32,000 nt of DNA from Pseudodesulfovibrio piezophilus C1TLV30 (lineage in GTDB: Bacteria > Desulfobacterota > Desulfovibrionia > Desulfovibrionales > Desulfovibrionaceae), in NCBI RefSeq assembly GCF_000341895.1, contig NC_020409.1, positions 2,430,001 to 2,462,000 on the forward strand, in the 5' to 3' direction. The position numbers and the translations under genes are program-made. This document shows, piece by piece, positions 25,144 through 32,000 of the stretch (positions within the stretch are counted from its first letter, which is position 1; each line of letters opens with the position of its first letter). The notes below the pieces were generated by a model, which worked only from the letters and a program-made list of their open reading frames with translations, ran no database searches and was not told the origin of the DNA.

Positions 25144-26367
25144 TTATTCCTGAAACTTGTTGCGGATTGCCTTGATAACGTCGAATATTTCGATGAATAT
25201 TTCCACTATTTCAGGATCGAAGTGGCCCCCGGCCCCTTTTTCCAGGAGTGAAATGCATTTTTCGTCTGTAAACGGTTCCTTGTAGGAGCGGGGTGATGCC
25301 AGGGCGTCATAGACATCCGCGACAGCGCAGATGCGTGCGCTCAGTGGAATATCTTTCCCTCGAATAGGCTCCCCCATTTCGACTTCCGAAGCCCATATGT
25401 CAGGAGTCACTCGTCCCGGATAGCCTTCCCCTGCGAACTTTTCATGATGACCAAGTGCTATTTCCATACTCATTCTGTCAAGATCGCTGGTCAGATTCCT
25501 GAAAAGGCGGGCTCCAAAGATGGTGTGCATCTTGATGGCCTTGAATTCTTCGTCCGTCAGCTTTCCGGGCTTCTTGAGGATAGCGTCCGGGATACCGACC
25601 TTGCCGACATCGTGAAGCATTGCAGCCAATCGCAAGTTGTCCCGAACCCGTTTTATTTCCTTGGCGGAATGCTTTCTCCGGGCTGCCCAGGTTCCATATA
25701 TCTCTGCGCTGAAAGCCCCTACGCGTTGAACATGGGCACCAGTCTCGCTGGGATCACGCAATTCAGCCATTTGCATCATGCGCAGGATTATCTCACGGTT
25801 CATGATACCTCGCTCAATGGCGACGGAGGCATTGTTGCAGAAGAGGGGGATATAGGTCTGGGCATCTTCGGAGAAAGGGATGACTTTTCCCATGTCATTT
25901 CTGGCATTGATGAGCTGCATGACACCGACCAGACGACTTTCCTGCGCGATCAGAGGGATGGCCAGCATGGAGGTGGTCTGGTACCCGGATTTTTCGTCAA
26001 AGCTCTTGTTAAAGGAATAGGGAAGAGTTGGATCAAGCCTGTAGGCATCGTCAATGGCAAGGCTTTGTCGGGTCTTGGCCGCGTAGCCGACAATGGAATC
26101 ACCGCTGACCGGGATACTGAAATTCTGATACAGTGCGGCATTGGCCCCTTCTCCGGAAAAGAGCGTGTCATTCTGGACGAAACTGAAGATCAGGTTCTCT
26201 CTTTCCACAAGAAAAATGGAACCTGCATCTGCATTGGAGAACGCCCGTGATTCCTGGAGAATCCTGTCAAGAATAGTGTCAATATCCTTGAGATGATTGA
26301 CTTCATCCGTGGTTTTCAGGATGGTCAGGATTGGATTGTCTTGTTGGGAAAAGGAAGCCTTGTGCAT
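25144..26367 (-). CDS. GAF domain-containing HD-GYP phosphodiesterase
   Basis: GGGAGA SD. GAF segment ADAGSIFLVE...SIVGYAAKTRQSLAIDDAY...MLAIPLI...VGVMQLINA. HD-GYP segment AAMLHDVGKVGIPDAILKKPGKLTDEEF...HHEKFAGEGYP. Confidence 0.9.
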   Translation of the reverse strand: MHKASFSQQDNPILTILKTTDEVNHLKDIDTILDRILQESRAFSNADAGSIFLVERENLIFSFVQNDTLFSGEGANAALYQNFSIPVSGDSIVGYAAKTRQSLAIDDAYRLDPTLPYSFNKSFDEKSGYQTTSMLAIPLIAQESRLVGVMQLINARNDMGKVIPFSEDAQTYIPLFCNNASVAIERGIMNREIILRMMQMAELRDPSETGAHVQRVGAFSAEIYGTWAARRKHSAKEIKRVRDNLRLAAMLHDVGKVGIPDAILKKPGKLTDEEFKAIKMHTIFGARLFRNLTSDLDRMSMEIALGHHEKFAGEGYPGRVTPDIWASEVEMGEPIRGKDIPLSARICAVADVYDALASPRSYKEPFTDEKCISLLEKGAGGHFDPEIVEIFIEIFDVIKAIRNKFQE

Positions 26368-26497
26368 GTGTGTCTCCCTGCTTATAGCTCAACATCATAC
26401 AATACCGAAGAAAAATCAAGAAAGCAGGCAGAGGTCGATTCTTTGTTCAAGGTAAGGGATGACGGGATGAAAGACAGATTTCCTCTCGGAGGGACAT

Positions 26498-27940
26498 ATG
26501 GTTGATATCTCTGACCCGGTGATGGAATACCACACCGCCACATCGCATTCTCGCGGGCACCTTTTCGGGCGTCCCTCGCTCAGGGGAGCGATGCCTCTGC
26601 CATTCAAACTGTATCAGGGTATTGAGCATTATCGATTTCCACAGGGGGCAGTCCTGCCCGACATCCCTCTTGCATCCGTTTTTGCTCCACGTCCTCTGGC
26701 AGGACATGGAGATATCTTTCAGCTTGTCGGCAATATCTGTAATCTGGCCGCCGGTATAACACGAGTGCGATACCAGACGGATGGAAGCCTGTTTCATTTT
26801 CGAACTGTTCCTTCGGCCGGGGCTTTGTACCCGACAGAGCTTTTCATTGCCGTACAGAATATCGTCGGATTGTATGACGGTCTGTATCATTATTTGCCAC
26901 TTGAACACACTTTGGCGCGGCTTCGCACCGGGAGAGTCTTCGGGCCACTTGCCGGAACCGATCCGATCGTACGGGTGTATGTCACTTCACTTTTCCAGCG
27001 CAGCAGTTGGAAGTATGGAGCACGTGCGTACCGGTACTGTCTCCTTGATGCCGGTCATATGATTGAGAATGTCTTGCTGGCCGCCACAATTCAGGGGGGC
27101 TCGGCAGTCTGTGATCCTGACTTCAACGATCGCCTCGTGAATCGGTTTCTCTGTGTTGATCCTGATTTTGAGGGGTGCCTGGCCCAGATTCATTCGTTGG
27201 GGTGTTCTCCCCAGGCCGATGTGGATGACTCGGTTCCGACAGTAACGGATTCCCTCGCGCAATTCAGCCGAAGTCCCATGAAGACGGGGCTTCCGGAATC
27301 CTTGCTGGCGATGCATCGTGCGGCTTCGAGTTTTGCCCGATGTCCTGTTCCGAAGCCAAAGGAAACGGAGTTGCCTGAGCTTTCATTGCCGCCTCATGAC
27401 ATACGCATGCCCGCAGCGGATGCTCTCGTGGCGCGTCGCTCTCACAGAAATTTTGTCAGGAGACAGGTTCCTGTTGCCGCATTGACCGATATTTTGTCAT
27501 TTCTTTGTCAAGAGATGGAGACGGGCTGCACTCATGCTGTTCAAATCGAGGTCATTGCCGGAGAAAACAGTGGTATGGAGCCAGGGCATTATCGCATGGA
27601 CCGGGTACGAAGGGCCATGGTTGCCATTCGGGGTGGGCATTTTATGGCAGAGATGGCGAAAATGTGTCTTGATCAAGGCTGGCTTGCAGAGTGTGCTCTT
27701 CATATTGTTTTTACGGCCGATCTTGGAACCCTGAGTCGTCAATGCGGTCCGCGGGCATACCGCTATGCGCATCTGGAAGCGGGGCGGCTCGGTCAACGGG
27801 TTTATCTGGCCGCCACGGCAAAGCATCTTGGGGCGTGTGGAATCGGAGCTTTTTTTGATGATGAAGCCGTCTCGATCTTGTCTTTGCCTCCGGGACATGC
27901 CTTGCTCTATCTGGTAGGCGTCGGCCCGATCAAGCGGTAG
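26498..27940 (+). CDS. SagB/ThcOx-type dehydrogenase, tandem nitroreductase-fold protein
   Basis: GGAGGG SD. The N-half has YHTATSH, FKLY and PSAGALYPTELF (SagB-type), plus GARAYRYCLLDAGHMIENVLLAAT. The C-half has RRSHRNF (an FMN-binding motif) and GPRAYRYAHLEAGRLGQRVYLAAT, so the protein carries an internal duplication. Confidence 0.8.
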   Translation: MVDISDPVMEYHTATSHSRGHLFGRPSLRGAMPLPFKLYQGIEHYRFPQGAVLPDIPLASVFAPRPLAGHGDIFQLVGNICNLAAGITRVRYQTDGSLFHFRTVPSAGALYPTELFIAVQNIVGLYDGLYHYLPLEHTLARLRTGRVFGPLAGTDPIVRVYVTSLFQRSSWKYGARAYRYCLLDAGHMIENVLLAATIQGGSAVCDPDFNDRLVNRFLCVDPDFEGCLAQIHSLGCSPQADVDDSVPTVTDSLAQFSRSPMKTGLPESLLAMHRAASSFARCPVPKPKETELPELSLPPHDIRMPAADALVARRSHRNFVRRQVPVAALTDILSFLCQEMETGCTHAVQIEVIAGENSGMEPGHYRMDRVRRAMVAIRGGHFMAEMAKMCLDQGWLAECALHIVFTADLGTLSRQCGPRAYRYAHLEAGRLGQRVYLAATAKHLGACGIGAFFDDEAVSILSLPPGHALLYLVGVGPIKR

Positions 27941-27973
27941 GTCGAGTCCCTGCTGAGAGAAAGACTTTTTTGT

Positions 27974-27993
27974 GTTGGAGTTGGTTGGAGTTG
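27974..27993. repeat. perfect tandem duplication of a 10-mer (GTTGGAGTTG x2)
   Basis: Read directly in the 128-nt convergent intergenic region between the SagB-like gene and the PAS kinase. Confidence 0.9.
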
Positions 27994-28068
27994 ACGCGTG
28001 AACAGTCGAGACCTCCATCTCATGCAACGATTTCCTTCATGTGCCAGGAAGGACTGGGAAAAGGACTC

Positions 28069-29343
28069 TTACGTGATGACCGGAAGAGTGAAAATGAATT
28101 TGCTTCCTTTGCCGATGCTGCTTTCAACCCAGATATGCCCGCGATGCCCCTCAATGATATTGCGGCTTATGGGCAGGCCGAGACCGGTGCCTTTCGGTCG
28201 ATCAGCCAAGCTTTCCTGCGCTTGAGTGAATTTGTCGAATATGGCACTTCGTAGTTCCTTGGGGATACCCATACCGGTGTCGGTGACGCTAACCCGAAGA
28301 TGATCACCGACCAATCTGGCCCGGCAGGTGATGGTTCCTGTTTCCGTGAATTTCACACTGTTTGAGAGGAGGTTGACCATGACCTGGATCAGCCTGTCCT
28401 GATCAGCCATGACATGAGGTAATCCGGGTTCTATATCGGCAATAAGCGTCAGTCCGGACTCGTCAAAAAGGCTGCTCGTGGCCTCCATGGAATGGGTAAT
28501 GAAAATTTCCGGGTTGATTCGTTCCATCCGATACTCGACCTTGTCTGCTTCAAGTTTGGCTAGATCAAGAACATCGTTGATCAAGGTGGTCAGGCGTTCT
28601 CCTTCCGAGACGATGATATCGATGTTTTTGCTGGTGCGATCCATTTCACGGAGTATTTTCCCATCGGTCTTGAGGGGGATGGCCGGGAAGATGGTTTCAA
28701 GCAATTTTTTCCTGATGATCTTGGCGAACCCGAGCACGGAGGTGAGAGGAGTGCGGAGTTCATGGGAAACTATGGACAGGAATTCCGTCTTGGCCCGGTT
28801 GGCCCTGTCCAATTCACGAGTGCGTTCGCGGACCCGTATCTCGAGTTCATCGTGGCTTTTTCTCAATGCCTCCTCATTGCTCTTGCGTTCGGAGATGTCC
28901 CTAGCCACGATGACGGCTCGTCGGCCGTCGCGGTGTTCGACAATTCTCAGTGACATTTCAACCGGTACGTTGGGACTTTCCTGACAGTGAGGGCAGCAGA
29001 AGTCTGTTTCCAGACTCATATGGTCTATTGGGGATTTGAATAGATTGGCAGCGTACCGGGAGATGTGCTCAGGAAGTATCGCGCTGAAGAGTTGTCCGTT
29101 GAGTTGTTCCGGGGAGCATCCGAGCATGGCTTTGGTGGACCCCGATGCATCAAGGATCTTCCCAGTGTCTGCATCGACCACCAGAATGGCATCAGAAACC
29201 CGGTCGAGCATGGCTCGGAAATGTTCCAATTCATCGAGCCGTTTTTTCAGTTCGGGATAATAGCTCTTGCTTATGGATCGTTTTCCCAGGCCGATGAGCT
29301 TCTGGCGCTCGGTGAGGGAATCCGTGTCAGCACGCCTTTTCAT
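28069..29343 (-). CDS. PAS domain sensor histidine kinase
   Basis: PAS: LDRVSDAILVVDADTGKILDASG. HisKA: FLSIVSHELRTPLTSVLGF. HATPase: N-box VNLLSNSVKF, G1 VTDTGMGIP, G2 GTGLGLPISR. I prefer ATG 29343 (MKRRADTD), which overlaps the alcohol dehydrogenase stop by 17 nt; the track start at 29412 lies deeper in the adh gene. Confidence 0.88.
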   Translation of the reverse strand: MKRRADTDSLTERQKLIGLGKRSISKSYYPELKKRLDELEHFRAMLDRVSDAILVVDADTGKILDASGSTKAMLGCSPEQLNGQLFSAILPEHISRYAANLFKSPIDHMSLETDFCCPHCQESPNVPVEMSLRIVEHRDGRRAVIVARDISERKSNEEALRKSHDELEIRVRERTRELDRANRAKTEFLSIVSHELRTPLTSVLGFAKIIRKKLLETIFPAIPLKTDGKILREMDRTSKNIDIIVSEGERLTTLINDVLDLAKLEADKVEYRMERINPEIFITHSMEATSSLFDESGLTLIADIEPGLPHVMADQDRLIQVMVNLLSNSVKFTETGTITCRARLVGDHLRVSVTDTGMGIPKELRSAIFDKFTQAQESLADRPKGTGLGLPISRNIIEGHRGHIWVESSIGKGSKFIFTLPVIT

Positions 29344-30502
29344 ATATTTCCATGACCTGACGACTGGTCGGCTGCTTGGGGTTGGTGAGCATACAGGCGT
29401 CAGCCATGGCATTTTCGGCCAGAAGGGGCAGCGCTGAATGGTTCATGCCGAGTTCACAAAGGTTATCACTGACTCCCGCAGCTTGTTTCAAGGTTCGCAG
29501 CCGGCCCCGCATTTCATGTCGAATGTCATCCTCATGGGTATCCGGGAGCATCCCTGCCCCCAGGGCATTGGCGAGTTGTCGGTATTTCTCAGGGCAGGCG
29601 TCAAAATTGAAATCACAGACATGGTCAATAAGGATGGCGTTGCACAGGCCATGGGGAAGGTCAAGCAGGCCTCCCAAGCTATGGGCCATGGCATGGACCG
29701 CACCCAGTATGGCATTGGAAAACGCGAGACCGGCGTAAGTGGACGCGAGCATCATGCCGGTTCGGGCCTGTTGGTTTTGCGGGTCTCTAATGGCAGAGAG
29801 CAGATGCCTGTTCACCAGGCGGACAGCCTCCAGGGCATTGAGGTCGGTAATGGCTGAACTTGCGTTGGAAACAAAGGCCTCTGTGGCGTGCGTCAGGGCA
29901 TCAAGTCCGGTATGGGCTGTGAGCTTTTCATCCATGCTCATGGTCAGCAGAGGATCGATCAGCGCGACATCAGGCACCATGGTTTTGGAGACGATGGCTA
30001 TTTTTACTTTCCGTTTGGTATTGTTGATGATGCAGAATTGAGAAATATCTGCCGCAGTCCCGGCGGTTGTCGGGATGCATATGAGTGGCGGCCCTGGGTG
30101 TTGGACATTATCCACGCCTTCAAAATCAAGGATATGACGTCCATTGGTGCAGACAATACCTATGGCCTTGGCGCAGTCCATGGGCGATCCACCTCCGACG
30201 GCGATGATGGTGTCGCATCCTTCCTTGAGATAGACCTCCGCTCCGGCCATGACTTCTCCGTCACGAGGGTTGGGTGTGACATCGGAGAAAAGGGTGCTTT
30301 TAACGCCGGCTTTGGCCAGACTTTGCATGACATTGTCCGGGATACCCAGTTTTTCGAGGACATGACCAGAGACTATCAGAGCTTTTTTTGACGCCAGATT
30401 GGCTGCGTATTGACCTGCCAGCTCGGCAGCTCCGGCTCCGAAGACAAATTCGGGTGCCACGAATTTTCTGAGTTCCGAAATGTCATAGCTCGACATGGTC
30501 AT
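29327..30502 (-). CDS. iron-containing (group III) alcohol dehydrogenase
   Basis: GGAGGAG SD. GGGSPMDCAKA, the metal-site His cluster HAMAHSLGG, and CIPTTAGTAADIS. 391 aa. Confidence 0.9.
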   Translation of the reverse strand: MTMSSYDISELRKFVAPEFVFGAGAAELAGQYAANLASKKALIVSGHVLEKLGIPDNVMQSLAKAGVKSTLFSDVTPNPRDGEVMAGAEVYLKEGCDTIIAVGGGSPMDCAKAIGIVCTNGRHILDFEGVDNVQHPGPPLICIPTTAGTAADISQFCIINNTKRKVKIAIVSKTMVPDVALIDPLLTMSMDEKLTAHTGLDALTHATEAFVSNASSAITDLNALEAVRLVNRHLLSAIRDPQNQQARTGMMLASTYAGLAFSNAILGAVHAMAHSLGGLLDLPHGLCNAILIDHVCDFNFDACPEKYRQLANALGAGMLPDTHEDDIRHEMRGRLRTLKQAAGVSDNLCELGMNHSALPLLAENAMADACMLTNPKQPTSRQVMEIYEKAC

Positions 30503-30596
30503 ACTCCTCCCCGTGTTCTCTTTCCGAAAGTTTCTCCTTTTAGCAGTATCGTATGAAATGGGCCTTGTAAAACCCGTTAGATTGATAAATGCGGAA

Positions 30597-32000
30597 TTAG
30601 GCTTTCTTCTTCATGAGGGCAAGAAGCTGGTCAAGGGCAGAACTCAATGTCTTTAAGGCATCCTTGCAGGGTGAGCCTTGTCGGCAGGATATTTCCAGAT
30701 TGGCCGCAGCTGTGGCTGCCACGTGAGCGCCTATGGATAAGCAGATGGACTTGAGCGTATGGGCAAGGTAGGCCGATGTTTTCTTGTTTCCGGAGCCGAC
30801 GGCCTGTTTGATCTCTTCGGCCATATTGGTCATTTCGGTCTTGGCTGTGGTCAGGAAATCCTGGAATATGGCTTCGTCGACACCGAGATCCTCCATGGCT
30901 TGCTCCGGCGACCACATGACAGGGAACTCTTCCTTGGTCTGGGGGGAGTCCGGTCCCACTCTTTCAACAATTTTATCCCGGACGGTCGGCAATGTCTTCC
31001 TGGAGGTTTGTCTGGATGGTGAGATCATGGCCCGTGTGCCGACCAGACGATTAATGATTGCGCTCAATTCGTTGAAATCCACTGGCTTGGAAACATAATC
31101 GTCCATACCTGCGTCCAGGCTCTTGTCTCGGAATTCCTTGAGCGCGTGGGCAGTGACCCCGATGATGGGAATGGCCGGATTGGGGATGGGACCGCCAGGG
31201 ACGGCGGAGCGTATCGCCTTGGTGGCCGAAATTCCGTCCAGGACCGGCATCTCGATATCCATGAGGATCAGATCAAAATCTTCATTCTTAAGAAGTTCAA
31301 GGACTTCAAGTCCGTTGCTGGCCACGGAATAGGTATACCCCATTTCTTCAAGCCTGAGAGATGTGACCATGACATTGACATCGTTATCCTCTGCCACCAG
31401 CACATGCACCCCGCCGGTGGAAGACATCGCGGCCTTTGGAAGCCCTGTATCGGGAGTGGGGCAGGCAAAGCCGGGTTCATACCAAGCGGTAAAGGCAAAA
31501 GTACTGCCATTGCCGACCTTGCTTTCCACACAAATATCGCCGCCCATGAGTCCGATCAGTTGTTTGCAGATCGCGAGGCCGAGGCCCGTGCCGCCAAATG
31601 CCCGTGTTGTTTGGGAAAAGCTTTGAAAGATGGTGTCCATGAATTCTTCGGGAATACCGATTCCGGTATCTTCCACTTCAAAGAGCAGCCCGATGGTGCG
31701 GGCGTCGGATGCGGTCCTATGCGGGTCCGGGGCGGCTTTGCTGACCCGAATAGAGATGATTCCCCTGTGCGTGAACTTGATGGCGTTGCCCACCAGATTC
31801 ATCAAAACCTGGCGGAGTGACAAGGGATCGCCCTTGACGCAGGTCGGAACATCTTCCGCAATATCAAGGATTACCTTTAATTCCTTTTCACGGCCCTGTA
31901 TTTCCAGCCCCTTGATGGTGGTCCTGACATGATAGGGCAGGTCGAAATCGGTTCTATCAAGAGTCAGCTTTCGCGCTTCAATCTTTGAAAGGTCGAGAAT
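30597..32000 (-). CDS. hybrid sensor histidine kinase/response regulator with C-terminal Hpt domain (5' end outside window)
   Basis: The frame stays open to nt 32000 (ILDLSKIEARKLTLD... upstream of the track start). Motifs: N-box LMNLVGNAIKFT, G1 VEDTGIGIP, G2 GTGLGLAICK, receiver VLVAEDNDVN...LILMDIEMPVLDG...SKP, and Hpt AHTLKSICLSIGA. Confidence 0.9.
   Translation of the reverse strand: MLDLSKIEARKLTLDRTDFDLPYHVRTTIKGLEIQGREKELKVILDIAEDVPTCVKGDPLSLRQVLMNLVGNAIKFTHRGIISIRVSKAAPDPHRTASDARTIGLLFEVEDTGIGIPEEFMDTIFQSFSQTTRAFGGTGLGLAICKQLIGLMGGDICVESKVGNGSTFAFTAWYEPGFACPTPDTGLPKAAMSSTGGVHVLVAEDNDVNVMVTSLRLEEMGYTYSVASNGLEVLELLKNEDFDLILMDIEMPVLDGISATKAIRSAVPGGPIPNPAIPIIGVTAHALKEFRDKSLDAGMDDYVSKPVDFNELSAIINRLVGTRAMISPSRQTSRKTLPTVRDKIVERVGPDSPQTKEEFPVMWSPEQAMEDLGVDEAIFQDFLTTAKTEMTNMAEEIKQAVGSGNKKTSAYLAHTLKSICLSIGAHVAATAAANLEISCRQGSPCKDALKTLSSALDQLLALMKKKA

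Noticed and set aside
25444-26250. A 268-aa plus-strand ORF. Similar long antisense ORFs occur at 17048-17608, 19336-19926 and 5478-6044.
   Set aside because: All lie entirely inside strongly supported genes on the other strand (HD-GYP, buk, DASS transporter, MocR). They lack SDs and have no recognisable domains.
26467-26505. A 12-codon mini-ORF (MKDRFPLGGTYG) directly upstream of and overlapping the SagB-like gene, considered as a possible RiPP precursor.
   Set aside because: It has no SD, no Cys/Ser/Thr-rich core and no leader-like length. Its 3' half is simply the GGAGGG SD and start region of the SagB-like gene.
26498-27940. Treating the SagB-like gene as evidence of a thiazole/oxazole-modified microcin gene cluster.
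   Set aside because: No YcaO or cyclodehydratase, precursor, protease or exporter gene is present on either side within the window. I report it only as an orphan enzyme.
1-32000. A scan for CRISPR arrays, transposases, integrases, phage genes, toxin-antitoxin pairs and known defence genes.
   Set aside because: No spaced direct-repeat arrays and no such protein families are seen in any of the supplied ORFs. The only repeats are the short ones listed above.

Overview
The window looks like ordinary chromosomal DNA from a signalling-rich anaerobe. The gene content would fit a Desulfovibrionaceae-type sulfate reducer, and GC looks roughly balanced by eye, but that taxonomic guess is inference only. 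I call 31 protein-coding genes, two of them cut by the window edges. They are tightly packed, and most have clear GGAG-type Shine-Dalgarno sites. I found no rRNA, tRNA, CRISPR array, transposase, integrase or phage gene.

Content in order:
- A REC / HisKA-core / REC phosphorelay module.
- A PAPS-type sulfotransferase and fumC.
- Two LysE-family exporters, each with a divergently transcribed regulator (MocR-type, and the argP-argO pair).
- A DUF2959 lipoprotein, an HD protein, yigZ and a small hypothetical protein.
- A LemA-TPM-TPM envelope operon.
- A monocistronic type III polyketide synthase.
- cheR plus an HDOD protein.
- An IlvN-like ACT protein in an operon with ptb and buk.
- A DASS transporter coupled to a tandem-USP protein, then murI.
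- A three-gene c-di-GMP-type phosphohydrolase operon (GAF-HD-GYP, HD, EAL-HDOD).
- An orphan tandem SagB/nitroreductase protein.
- A hybrid HK / Fe-alcohol dehydrogenase / PAS-HK cluster.

No canonical defence or mobile system is visible. The candidates I consider most worth follow-up are:
- the orphan type III PKS;
- the possible Spo0B/ChpT-like phosphotransferase between two receivers;
- the acetolactate-synthase regulatory subunit homologue coupled to ptb-buk;
- the triple phosphohydrolase operon with an HD protein of unknown specificity;
- the orphan SagB-like flavoprotein.

All homology calls come from motifs read by eye in the supplied translations. No database search was run.
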